Positions 40,735-50,329 of a stretch of DNA of 64,000 nucleotides are shown here, in pieces. Both the position numbers and the translations under genes were made by a program. The DNA is taken from positions 32,001 to 96,000 of the forward strand of contig CAVOMX010000014.1 in NCBI GenBank assembly GCA_963697165.1. Direction: 5' to 3'. This stretch comes from Candidatus Bathyarchaeota archaeon. Lineage in GTDB: Archaea; Thermoproteota; Bathyarchaeia; Bathyarchaeales; Bathyarchaeaceae. The notes beneath the pieces are model-generated. The model worked only from the letters and a program-made list of their open reading frames with translations. It was not told the DNA's origin and ran no database searches. Each line of letters starts with the position of its first letter. Position 1 is the stretch's first letter.

Positions 40735-41363
40735 TGCATGCTCGTAACAAAAATCCAAGTATTGTCTACTGGCTTGGTAACAGCATATACTTGAACGTAA
40801 CCAACAGGTGTTCCAACAATTGCTATTTTTGTTTCAGAAAATTCAAGAACGGCATTCAAGAATTTAACCTAAAGTTGCAAAAGGAACCGACCACAAAAGA
40901 AGCGATGGAAGAACTGGGAAAGGTCATAAACAGAAAAAACTGGAGCGAAGTTGTCTTCTGCGGCTTCGGTGAACCCTTGGAAAGGCTGAATCTTGTTTTG
41001 GAAGTAACCCGACGGGTAAAGAAGCAGTATTGGAAGACAGTCAGGGTTGACACTAATGGTCAAGGATACTTACTTAACAAAGGAATAGATGTAGCGCGGG
41101 AGTTGAAGAATGCTGGCGTAGACAAGGTGAGCGTAAGCTTGAACGCTGACGACAAGGAAACATACAACCAAATCTGCAAACCTGTCTTCGAAGAGGCCTA
41201 TGAAAACGTTTTGGAGTTCATAAAAAGGGCTAAAGACGTGGGTTTAGAAACAGAGGCAACAGCCTTAACGATCCCCGAGGTGGATATTACAAAAGTTAGG
41301 GAACTGGCTGAAAGTCTGGGAGTTAAATTTGCAGTACGAGAATATATTCCATTCTTCTGGTAG
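40734..41363 (+). CDS. TatD-associated radical SAM protein
   Basis: YLNVTNRCSNNCYFC (CxxxCxxC), VVFCGFGEP, DTNGQG, SVSLNA. Confidence 0.88.
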   Translation: MHARNKNPSIVYWLGNSIYLNVTNRCSNNCYFCFRKFKNGIQEFNLKLQKEPTTKEAMEELGKVINRKNWSEVVFCGFGEPLERLNLVLEVTRRVKKQYWKTVRVDTNGQGYLLNKGIDVARELKNAGVDKVSVSLNADDKETYNQICKPVFEEAYENVLEFIKRAKDVGLETEATALTIPEVDITKVRELAESLGVKFAVREYIPFFW

Positions 41364-41460
41364 AACACCCAACAACGTAGATGATGTGAACGTTATAACA
41401 AGTTAGCGAACTGAAAAACTAATCTTCGAGACTGAAGTCTAAATCTGAAGAGTATTCATT

Positions 41461-41730
41461 TTAGGGAATATTGAATCCTACTAAACGGATTTTGCTGTTA
41501 CACTTGTTACACTGAATTTCCAATTCTTCTAGATTGTCACCACTAACTATGGTGTCGAGTATCATGTAAACGTCCTCGGTTTCATCTTCAGGAGATATGA
41601 TTGTTCCACAACATGGACACGGGAAGTCTCCTTCTCCTTGAAGTTCGGTCAGGTCCATTTTATACACCAGAGGTGGTTGCATAGATTCCATCTTCCTTTG
41701 AGTATTGATTCTTTCTGTGTTTCTATTCAA
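41461..41730 (-). CDS. Small acidic zinc-ribbon protein
   Basis: CPCCG and CNKC pairs. The real start may be at the MESM or MDLT Met. Confidence 0.7.
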   Translation of the reverse strand: MNRNTERINTQRKMESMQPPLVYKMDLTELQGEGDFPCPCCGTIISPEDETEDVYMILDTIVSGDNLEELEIQCNKCNSKIRLVGFNIP

Positions 41731-41903
41731 TAAATAACGTTTATGAACGCCTCATCCATTTCCATTTTACATATCTAACTTAATGTTGATTCGTCTGGAT
41801 TCTTATTTCGGAAAATGAATTTAATATATCACTGCAGGATTCGGGATACGAAACATATAAAATATGCCTAAGAGCATAAGTGGTATAGTATAGAGGGAAA
41901 AAA

Positions 41904-42440
41904 TTGGCCCCAAAAGAACGTTCAGTTAAAAGAACTACAATAATTCTGGATGAAAACGAACGTGAATACATCGATTTGCTCATACAAGAAGGTAGAGAAC
42001 CGGGAATAAAACCCCTCATCTCAAAGATGCTTGACGTTTACCGAAGCATGAGCATCTACGACTGGAAATTCCCCGGAGAATACTATATTGGAATCAGTCG
42101 CGTAGCCTTTCTAAACGTCGAATTTATCGACATTCTTCTCAATTATATCCCCGAAAATAAATGGAAAGAAGTTGGACGAAAGATTGGAGAAATGGCTAAA
42201 GTTTCTCTGGAGGCAAGCATCGACATAGAAACCACAAACAGGGAAAGATGGCCTGAAGTGTTTAAGAGGTTGCGGGTCCAAGGTTTCGGAGACTTTTATC
42301 TTAAAAACAAATTTGTGATAATTAGAACACCACTTATAAGTAATTCCGAGTTTTTATGTGGATTCATAGAAAGTTTGCTTGGAATTAGCTTGGAAGCGAG
42401 AACCCTAACACCTCCCCTCGTCTTAGAGATCATCGGCTAA
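41904..42440 (+). CDS. Putative regulator: RHH-like N-terminus + V4R-like domain
   Basis: KRTTIILDENERE beta-alpha start; SRVAFL...EVGRKIG...QGFG...FLCGFIESLLG pattern. Confidence 0.55.
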   Translation: MAPKERSVKRTTIILDENEREYIDLLIQEGREPGIKPLISKMLDVYRSMSIYDWKFPGEYYIGISRVAFLNVEFIDILLNYIPENKWKEVGRKIGEMAKVSLEASIDIETTNRERWPEVFKRLRVQGFGDFYLKNKFVIIRTPLISNSEFLCGFIESLLGISLEARTLTPPLVLEIIG

Positions 42441-42698
42441 ATGTATCTTAAGGATGAGGAGCAGAATCTTTGGAGATTCTATTTTTAAAAATAGTTTGGC
42501 AAAAATAGTCACAGTTGATGAATTTTTTAATGTGATTCGTATAACAAATAGCCAAATAATAAGTGGGTAATGGCACAATCAATATTATTTTTATATATTT
42601 ATATTCTGAATTGAATGGTTATTTGCAGTATATATTCTGGTTTCATATGTGTTAAATATTTTGTCTTCAGAGTTTCTTGACACAGGAGAAGTCTAATA

Positions 42699-43130
42699 AT
42701 GAAGAACATCCTAAAATCGAAGAAGGGAATTTCGCCAATCCTCGCTACACTCCTCTTAATCGTAATTGCCGTAGCAGCAGTCATAGTAACCTACGCTTGG
42801 GTCATGACATTCACAGGATCCACCACAAATCAGGCAGGAGCTGTACTAAAAGTTGATAACGTAAGATTCTACAATGACGGAGCTAACATTGAAATTATAA
42901 TAAGAAACTCTGGAACAGGTGATGCACAGGTCGACACGGTATATGTAGGTACTACAGTCTCAAGCCTTGCTACACAAACGGGGGTAGCATATAGTCCAAT
43001 TTCGCAAATTGTCGCAGCAGGTTCAACACTTAACGCCACAATCACATACGATTGGACAGATGGAACAACATACTACTTCAAAATAACCACTGAAGAAGGA
43101 TTTGAAATTCCATTCAGCAGAGAAGCATAA
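42699..43130 (+). CDS. Major type IV pilin
   Basis: Class III signal peptide KKG/ISPILATLLLIVIAVAA, IRNSGTG; pyrimidine tract downstream. Confidence 0.92.
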   Translation: MKNILKSKKGISPILATLLLIVIAVAAVIVTYAWVMTFTGSTTNQAGAVLKVDNVRFYNDGANIEIIIRNSGTGDAQVDTVYVGTTVSSLATQTGVAYSPISQIVAAGSTLNATITYDWTDGTTYYFKITTEEGFEIPFSREA

Positions 43131-43234
43131 CATCAACTTCCTCTCTTTCCCTTTCGTTACGAATAAAACGTAAGTTTTACATCTGAATTTTTATACCCCA
43201 TTTTTTACAAACATAAACGGCAGATGATCTTAGC

Positions 43235-44029
43235 GTGAACCAAATACTAGATGGTGCTCGAATTATCATATGTCTAAGTTTCTTGTTTTACGCTTCTTGG
43301 AGCGACTACAAAACCAGAGAAGTAAGTAACAAAGTTTGGATCATCTTAGGACCATTAGCCCTAGCACTAACAGGGTTTCAGTTTTTAGTATATTCAGCCC
43401 AACCGCTTCAACTTGTAACAACCTACGTCCTATCTTTTGCAATAACTTCAGGTTTAGCCATAGCCGTCTTCTACGCTGGAGGCTTCGGAGGAGCAGACGC
43501 AAAAGCTTTCATGTGCATCGCTCTTGCTTTACCTGTTTATCCTGACTATCTTCTTCCACAACCCCCGGGTTTTGTTTCCCCTCTTTTTCCAATAACAATC
43601 TTCACCAACAGTGTTCTATTAGGTGCCCTCAGCGTGTTCTACGCTCTCTTCCGAAATCTTCTATGGATAGTTAGAAACAGAGGAAACGTCTTTGAAGGCT
43701 TGAAAACAGAGTCTTTTGGGCACAAAATTCTGGCACTTATAAGCGGCTACAAGGTCAAAATGGCTAAACTAGAAAAGGGACACATGTTTCCTCTTGAAGA
43801 CGTTGAGCTGAAGGATGATGGTGAGAAAAAGAGAAAGTTGCTAGCGTTTCCGAAATATGAGGAGCGCGAAGATATTATTGCAAGAATCCGAGAAAACGTA
43901 ACAGATGAAAAACGTGAAGTATGGGTTACCCCGGGTTTGCCTCTCCTCATCTTTATCACAGCAGGTTTAATCATTGCTTTGGCTTACGGAGACATTGTGT
44001 GGGTCCTGCTCGGATCACTCATCACCTAA
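43235..44029 (+). CDS. Prepilin/preflagellin peptidase (A24, FlaK/PibD family)
   Basis: ASWSDYKTREV, GFGGADAK, VWVTPGLPLL. Confidence 0.93.
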   Translation: MNQILDGARIIICLSFLFYASWSDYKTREVSNKVWIILGPLALALTGFQFLVYSAQPLQLVTTYVLSFAITSGLAIAVFYAGGFGGADAKAFMCIALALPVYPDYLLPQPPGFVSPLFPITIFTNSVLLGALSVFYALFRNLLWIVRNRGNVFEGLKTESFGHKILALISGYKVKMAKLEKGHMFPLEDVELKDDGEKKRKLLAFPKYEEREDIIARIRENVTDEKREVWVTPGLPLLIFITAGLIIALAYGDIVWVLLGSLIT

Positions 44030-44128
44030 AAAATTGAACTGTTACAAGTTTGCGAGAAAACAGATTTCTTTTTCTCCAGTGTTACACTTGAAGAATTTGT
44101 ATTGGAAAATCTAAAGTTTAATTATTCT

Positions 44129-44425
44129 TTAGAAGTAAAGACTGTCTTTGTATAGAAGCCTAGCTTGTAAGAGAACAGTTAGGCCCTTAGCGGTTACTGT
44201 GGATGCTATCCAACCCATCACTCCAAGGTATAGGATGCGGATGGCGGCTTCTATTAGAGGGGACAAGGCTTCTCCGAAGGATGACAAGAGGTTAGGAACG
44301 GGCAGGATATTGATTTCTCCATAAAGATGAATAGATGCCATAGTGAATGTGATTAATAGGAGAGCGATTCCTGTGAGAAGAATAACTATTCCTGAAGTTT
44401 CAGAGGACTTTATCCGCACCCACAA
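44129..44425 (-). CDS. Small 2-TM membrane protein at the end of the pilus operon
   Basis: Two hydrophobic helices, YLGVMGWIAS; 5 nt from the upstream gene. Confidence 0.65.
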   Translation of the reverse strand: MWVRIKSSETSGIVILLTGIALLLITFTMASIHLYGEINILPVPNLLSSFGEALSPLIEAAIRILYLGVMGWIASTVTAKGLTVLLQARLLYKDSLYF

Positions 44426-44430
44426 TCACA

Positions 44431-46359
44431 TCAGTCTACTGTAACACTTGGGGGATATTCCACCATCACCCAAAGACCATTGGATCCAGAGCTTGGGTAG
44501 ATCGGCTCACCATTAAAGGTTACGACTGCGCCATACCAAGTCACATCCAAAGGATCTTTAAAGGGAGATACTGAAATTTGTTCCACTGGATTAAACTCGA
44601 TACGTGAAGCAGTTACGTTTAGAGCTCCTGTTTTGTCGTCCACGATAGAATCGAAAGTGTAAAGTTTCTGGTTATATAAGTCAGTGAACATTAGCCCTGC
44701 TCCCGAGTTTCCTGAACTGACTTGGCTCCAATGATGATCCCAACCTGTTGGTGAACCGTCATAGAAGAGAACTGTGGAACTGGAAGTTTCAGGGTAGACT
44801 CCATCGGTTCCGTCTTCTGTTAGTGGCGTTCCACTGAGACCTGAAATTTGGATGGCGCTAAGATCAGAAACGATCCTGCTCTGGGAGGAGTTTACGAAAA
44901 TTGTTCTTGCTGCATAGGTATAATATGGTGTGTTTGCCGGTAATGTCAAAAAGACCTGTGAATAAAAGTTAGGACTACCTGCAACTCCGCCACTGTATTC
45001 TGGTTCTTGTTGAATTATGTCTCTGACTACGCCGTTGTAGATTACATACGCAGGTTGTGCCCCGTACGTAGGCAGTTCATCATTGACACGTAGAAAATCC
45101 GCTCTATAGCTAGTTGAGTTGCCTAAAACACGTGAAACTACATAGAAATTATTTATGTCTAGTCTTAGAAATCCGTTTCGTAAAATTCCAGAAGACGGAT
45201 TGTCATTGAAGTAAACGTTTTCCCAAGCATAGGACGTCTGGATTGCTCTGTCGTTCCCATCCCACCATAACGTAACCTCGCTAATAGCATTATTAACTAA
45301 AAATACTAACATTCTATTGTTGTTGAGTAGGCTATTGTTTCCAGCAAGTCCAAGAGGTATCTGGTAGGAAGATGCCCAATTTTCCACTTGGAAAGGCACC
45401 TCTTGGTTAACACCATTGATGGTTGCGTTAACATGAAGACCTTTGACTGAAATTGGAGGAATCGGTTTCGTCTGAGGGGTTAGTTCCAGATTTTGGCCAA
45501 GCCATCTTAAAGTGCCGTTTTGGAGAAGCTCAATAACCATTGTATCCGTGGACAAAGACTCATAAATTGTTTGCATGCCATTAACGTTCCAGTTAAAAGT
45601 GTAAGTGTAATGGGGAATTCCTGAGCTAACAGAGTTTTGTGAATAAAAAGCGGTTACTATTATACCTCTATTGTCTTCAACTTGAACCGAGTATGCATCT
45701 TGGTCTACTCCTGAAGGAATTGTTAGGGTATAAACTCCGTTAGAAGAGATTATAAGGTTAGTTGGATTGACTAGCTCCCAAGTTGAGTCATCATAGTTGT
45801 ATTTGTAGAACCAGAAGTTTTCTTCGCTTAATCCTAGTTCAGGCTCGGTATTATCACGAATGACCTTGATTTGGGCTACACCAGAACCTGAGGATAGCAT
45901 TGTGACTTTCAGGGCTGAAGATGTTTCATATGTTACTCCCTCGATTCCGAGACTCCCCAATGAATAAGTTAGTGAAATGTTTCCCACACTGTAGCTCTCA
46001 GGCATATACCAACGGGTGGAGACTTGGTCAAAACTGAGTGAGAAGGATGGGTTCCATTCAGGATGCGAATGCGCAATATGGACAAGCCCGCTCGAAAGAT
46101 AACTGTCAGTGAGGCTCTGGGCGTATGTTGAGTTACCGGTAACTTTCAGTATTGAACCGTAATATCCAACTGTATGATCCAATATTCGTTTGATATCCGC
46201 ATTCATTTCTCCCATAGCTGTTAGGACTGTGGGTGAGTTCTGTATCGGAGCGTAGCGGACCATACTATAAGTGGATATAACTGCAGTTACTAGAATCACA
46301 GATACAAGTAACGCCGCGATTATGGAGAACTGCCCCTTATTCGCTCTACTACCCTTCAT
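44431..46359 (-). CDS. Large pilin-like/adhesin protein
   Basis: Class III signal NKG/QFSIIAALLVSVIL; S/T/N-rich beta domains. Confidence 0.75.
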   Translation of the reverse strand: MKGSRANKGQFSIIAALLVSVILVTAVISTYSMVRYAPIQNSPTVLTAMGEMNADIKRILDHTVGYYGSILKVTGNSTYAQSLTDSYLSSGLVHIAHSHPEWNPSFSLSFDQVSTRWYMPESYSVGNISLTYSLGSLGIEGVTYETSSALKVTMLSSGSGVAQIKVIRDNTEPELGLSEENFWFYKYNYDDSTWELVNPTNLIISSNGVYTLTIPSGVDQDAYSVQVEDNRGIIVTAFYSQNSVSSGIPHYTYTFNWNVNGMQTIYESLSTDTMVIELLQNGTLRWLGQNLELTPQTKPIPPISVKGLHVNATINGVNQEVPFQVENWASSYQIPLGLAGNNSLLNNNRMLVFLVNNAISEVTLWWDGNDRAIQTSYAWENVYFNDNPSSGILRNGFLRLDINNFYVVSRVLGNSTSYRADFLRVNDELPTYGAQPAYVIYNGVVRDIIQQEPEYSGGVAGSPNFYSQVFLTLPANTPYYTYAARTIFVNSSQSRIVSDLSAIQISGLSGTPLTEDGTDGVYPETSSSTVLFYDGSPTGWDHHWSQVSSGNSGAGLMFTDLYNQKLYTFDSIVDDKTGALNVTASRIEFNPVEQISVSPFKDPLDVTWYGAVVTFNGEPIYPSSGSNGLWVMVEYPPSVTVD

Positions 46360-46362
46360 GAA

Positions 46363-47688
46363 TTATGTTCCTCCTTGCTGACCTAGTTGGAGGGTGACAA
46401 GTCTTGAAGTGCCATCCGCTCCGAACTCTGATTGATAGATGGTGGGTCTGAAGTGCATTAAGAGAGCCAAGCCGGTGATCCTTATGTCAGGAATCCTTGT
46501 TAGCCCGATTGCAGTGAAAGCTCCACCTCGTTGGTGAGTGAAAGTTGCGCCTGCAATCCATCCTGGGGATACAGTTTCGAAAACATAGTCGTTTGGTTGA
46601 ACAGTGAGGTTGTATGTATTCAGGATTGAGTCTGGAAGGGCTCGGGTGGCTGTTTGGTATGGAGAAGGAAATATCCCATAATAATTTGAACTCTCATATG
46701 CGTAGGAACTGAATTGTACTACTCCCCCTCCTGGTGGTGTTCCGGCAATTCCGCTATCACTGAAGCTAGTTGGTGGTGGATTTTGGTATTCGTGATCTAA
46801 ACCTTCCAGAAACGCATTGAGCCCTGACTGTCCTACCATCATCATACCATAGATTCCCCATGTGTTGTCGCTCCCTGAGAATTTTACAGTGTTAGTAACG
46901 TAATACAAAGGGTAACCTACGATGCTGACGTATGTCCAATTGTATTGGTTTATTTTTTGTCCTAGAACATAGCAATATTGTGCATATGAATCAGCAGAAT
47001 AAAGGTCTGCATAAGCTGAAGGAATTGGAATAGCCTCACCACATGTGTTGATTATAACTCCATTTTCCAAAGTCTCACCAACTAAGGGTGTTCCATCTAG
47101 TAGGTTTCCAAACTGAGCGGTAGAGTTCACGAGAATAGTTGTGCTAAAATATGGAGAGAGAAGATGGTAGAGGTCTAATGCAAGGGTTTGCAGGGAGTAT
47201 CCTGTAATCCACCATCCGTTTGCGTCATTGCAGTTCAGGATATACAGCGTGATGTTTTGTCCTGTGCTTTCTCCCACTTTTTGTGAATCTTGGGCGAATG
47301 TAACATCGGGTGATGCCACCATTAATGATGCAGCCTCAGAATCTGCTCCGAAACTTGCATCTGATTTCGATGTTGCTAATTGATATGTTACAACTTCATC
47401 AGTGTCTGAAAGAATGTCATAAACTGTAAGGTTATACACTACGTTGGGTGGAAGAGAAGCTGAAAGAGCTTTTTGCAGGTCACTCCATGCAACATCAGAT
47501 GAGTCTTTGAAAACTGTCTCACTTAAAATACCCTTTTCATCCAAAGTTTCAAGAGTTGATTGAGAAAGCCCTCGCAGATTAGTTCCGAAAGCTTGGCGTG
47601 GCGTAGGCAAAACAGCAAAATATGATGTGATAACGAAGGCTCCAAGTAGGATTACGATTACGAATAGCACTTCAACAGTTCTCATCAA
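46363..47688 (-). CDS. Minor pilin-like protein
   Basis: N-terminal MRTVEVLFVIVILL hydrophobic helix with early Glu; LPPNVVYNLTV. Confidence 0.68.
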   Translation of the reverse strand: MMRTVEVLFVIVILLGAFVITSYFAVLPTPRQAFGTNLRGLSQSTLETLDEKGILSETVFKDSSDVAWSDLQKALSASLPPNVVYNLTVYDILSDTDEVVTYQLATSKSDASFGADSEAASLMVASPDVTFAQDSQKVGESTGQNITLYILNCNDANGWWITGYSLQTLALDLYHLLSPYFSTTILVNSTAQFGNLLDGTPLVGETLENGVIINTCGEAIPIPSAYADLYSADSYAQYCYVLGQKINQYNWTYVSIVGYPLYYVTNTVKFSGSDNTWGIYGMMMVGQSGLNAFLEGLDHEYQNPPPTSFSDSGIAGTPPGGGVVQFSSYAYESSNYYGIFPSPYQTATRALPDSILNTYNLTVQPNDYVFETVSPGWIAGATFTHQRGGAFTAIGLTRIPDIRITGLALLMHFRPTIYQSEFGADGTSRLVTLQLGQQGGT

Positions 47689-47701
47689 CGCTCATCACCA
47701 C

Positions 47702-48922
47702 CTAATTGTCCAATTTCCATGTAGAAACCTTCACATTATATGATAAACCGTCGATAGTGACCGCCCTAAGTTCAGTAGCAACAAAATTGTGACCACTAGA
47801 ATCAAGACCTTCACTAAAGGAAGTTGATGCTCCAAGGACTCCAAGACCCCAGGGCATCGAAACACTTCCTAGTTTATTATTCCACCTATATGTAATGAAT
47901 AGAAATCCTACTTCAGAAGCGGGAATTTGTGTAGTTTCAAAATCTTTAGAGCCATAATTTAGGTGACCTGTAGAATTATCTACCACAACCTGCTCTAACT
48001 GAAAGTCGGGAGTCAAAACATAAAAGGTGGCGTTATAATTAACGCTCGGCACTGGATTTTGTGTATACTCGTGAACACCCCAGCTATGGGCAATCATAAT
48101 TATTCCTTCATTGTAGTCTTTAATCAGCGGTACAACATATTCAGGATAATCACCAATATCATCCTGAGAATAATATCCTACACCAGTAAGCCCACTTAGA
48201 CGAGCATATACCATGAACTGGTATGCATCATCCTCATCATCAATATCCTCAAATTCTAGTAGAACTGAACCTAACGAGTCAGTTTGACTAACTCCCGAAT
48301 AAGGGACAATTGTAGAAGTAGAACCTCCTCCCTTGTCGACTTGAAAAAGATAATAATTCAAGGTTGCACCACTCAAAGGATATCCTGACCCACTTACATC
48401 AACTTCAAGAGCAAGATGACCAAAACCCAGAACCTTTGAAATGCTAACGTTCACAATTGGCCTAATATCCAAACTGAAGCCATATGTCCCATTTATCCCC
48501 AGCAACTTCGAAGCCGTGGAGTAGTTTATACAATCACCCAGGGGAGTTAGTATCGAATTTCCAAAGTTTGCAGTAATATTGTTATAGAAATTACCAGAGT
48601 CAGGAGGGTATTCAACAAGTTGGCTACCAGTAGAATCAACTCTCAATCGCATCATCGAATACGGACTAAGAGAATATCCACCAGCCACAGGATCTTGAAG
48701 ACCAAAACCTAAAACAGAACTGTTTGTTGCCCCCCAATCTACAGGACTTCCAGGAGACAGACATATTGTATTCATTATATCTACGGCTTTTGTGGCAACT
48801 TGAGTGTTGGTTTCATAAGCAACTGCGCTGCTGAACATCTGATTGAAGCTGGTCATGGCAAAAAGCAATGCAGCTATAAGAATTATAAGTGATACCATGT
48901 GGTCTATTGTAGCTCCAGCCAT
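47702..48922 (-). CDS. Minor pilin-like protein
   Basis: ATIDHMVSLIIL N-terminal helix; SPGSPVDWG...FGL motif. Confidence 0.68.
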   Translation of the reverse strand: MAGATIDHMVSLIILIAALLFAMTSFNQMFSSAVAYETNTQVATKAVDIMNTICLSPGSPVDWGATNSSVLGFGLQDPVAGGYSLSPYSMMRLRVDSTGSQLVEYPPDSGNFYNNITANFGNSILTPLGDCINYSTASKLLGINGTYGFSLDIRPIVNVSISKVLGFGHLALEVDVSGSGYPLSGATLNYYLFQVDKGGGSTSTIVPYSGVSQTDSLGSVLLEFEDIDDEDDAYQFMVYARLSGLTGVGYYSQDDIGDYPEYVVPLIKDYNEGIIMIAHSWGVHEYTQNPVPSVNYNATFYVLTPDFQLEQVVVDNSTGHLNYGSKDFETTQIPASEVGFLFITYRWNNKLGSVSMPWGLGVLGASTSFSEGLDSSGHNFVATELRAVTIDGLSYNVKVSTWKLDN

Positions 48923-49404
48923 TTAATTAACCTCCAAAAGAAAAAATAAGAGGTACTGTTAGAAAATTTTTGGACATTAATTGAAGCACCAGCAGAATTG
49001 CTCCTAAGAGTCGAATCTATCCATTCAACATTAGGACCAAGCAAAGCCGACGCCGACAAAGTGTTACCTAATTCATCCAATGTTATTGTGACAATGAGAA
49101 TCTTAACCGACCCGGGTTCGGAGATGCTACTTAACGACGCCGTGGCTGTGTAAGGATAAGAAGCAACAGTTACTGGAAGTGTTGAAGCTTGATTAACGTT
49201 TCCCGCCAATATTTCATCCCGATTTACTGTCAGATAAAGCTGCTGAATAGTACTCGCTAAATGGTTTGCTACATCCTGCAAAGCAACATCCCTTTGAGAA
49301 TCCTGCCAACTGGAGGTCATTGTACTCGCCACAAAAGGAAACACTATCACCTGACTGAAAAGCAAAGGAATCAAAATCACATACTCAATCGTAACACTTA
49401 CCAT
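48904..49404 (-). CDS. Minor pilin-like protein (possible frameshift at the extreme 3' end)
   Basis: SVTIEYVILIPLL N-terminal helix; LPVTVASYPY. Confidence 0.68.
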   Translation of the reverse strand: MVSVTIEYVILIPLLFSQVIVFPFVASTMTSSWQDSQRDVALQDVANHLASTIQQLYLTVNRDEILAGNVNQASTLPVTVASYPYTATASLSSISEPGSVKILIVTITLDELGNTLSASALLGPNVEWIDSTLRSNSAGASINVQKFSNSTSYFFFWRLIKWLELQ

Positions 49405-49432
49405 CTATGAACTATCTCCTGTTTTGTTGTTT

Positions 49433-50317
49433 CTAGTAATTAATTCCAAATCCAACTGACACCTCGCTTAAGTAAAGCTCCAAAACCACATTGTCGAACC
49501 CGGAAGTTGGAACTGGAATATCCTCAGAATCAAAGGGAAAATTGAAGAATGTGGAATTGAAATTCTCGGGTGAATCTTCTCGAGGAAAATCAACACTAAC
49601 AGTTATGCCTGTAACGCTGTCTATAGTGTTGGCCGTGAAAGAGTCCCCAGTTAAAGTAAGGGATTGAGAAAATCTTGGCGATTCTCCTGCACTAAGAACC
49701 GGGAGGTACATTCTAACATAGTATGTTGAACCTAAAGAAGTGTTAATGGAAGAATAAAGAACTCTAACTGCCGGGGCTACAACCACTCGTATGTAACTTC
49801 CGTCAGCCATAGGCAACTTTTCAACAGCAAACACGCGGGCGACCGGAGCAGAAGTACCCTTCAATGTAAGAGATTCGTTTTGAAGTGGAGAGATGTTTTC
49901 CCAGTAATCATTGGTTATAGTGTACTTAGAAGTTGGAAGATTAAAGAGGAGAGCTCCAGTCTCAATAGTAAAGTCATGATATGGCACATCATTACGTTCA
50001 ACAGAAACTGTGTAACGTAGTACCGATGGTTCAAACACAACTTCACCATACTGGCTCGCGTAATTTGTCGTCTCAGTACGTCCCATAGTCCAAGATACAT
50101 CGTCTATTTGAAGACCTACAGTCTGCATCAACTGTTTTGAAGAGTTAAAGTCGCCTTCCGCAACTCTGGCCCACAAGAAATTGTTTGCAAAAACCACAGT
50201 AACGCTCAGTATAGCAATCATAGCTCCGGTCATAATTACCGAGGAGATAACTGGACTAAGCGCCTTTTTACCTGATCCTTTTTTGTTAATCTTGCCAAAC
50301 ATCACTAAAGTCTCCAC
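49433..50317 (-). CDS. Pilin-like protein with class III signal peptide
   Basis: KKA/LSPVISSVIMTG followed by a hydrophobic helix. Confidence 0.78.
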   Translation of the reverse strand: METLVMFGKINKKGSGKKALSPVISSVIMTGAMIAILSVTVVFANNFLWARVAEGDFNSSKQLMQTVGLQIDDVSWTMGRTETTNYASQYGEVVFEPSVLRYTVSVERNDVPYHDFTIETGALLFNLPTSKYTITNDYWENISPLQNESLTLKGTSAPVARVFAVEKLPMADGSYIRVVVAPAVRVLYSSINTSLGSTYYVRMYLPVLSAGESPRFSQSLTLTGDSFTANTIDSVTGITVSVDFPREDSPENFNSTFFNFPFDSEDIPVPTSGFDNVVLELYLSEVSVGFGINY

Positions 50318-50329
50318 CTATTTTTCCTC

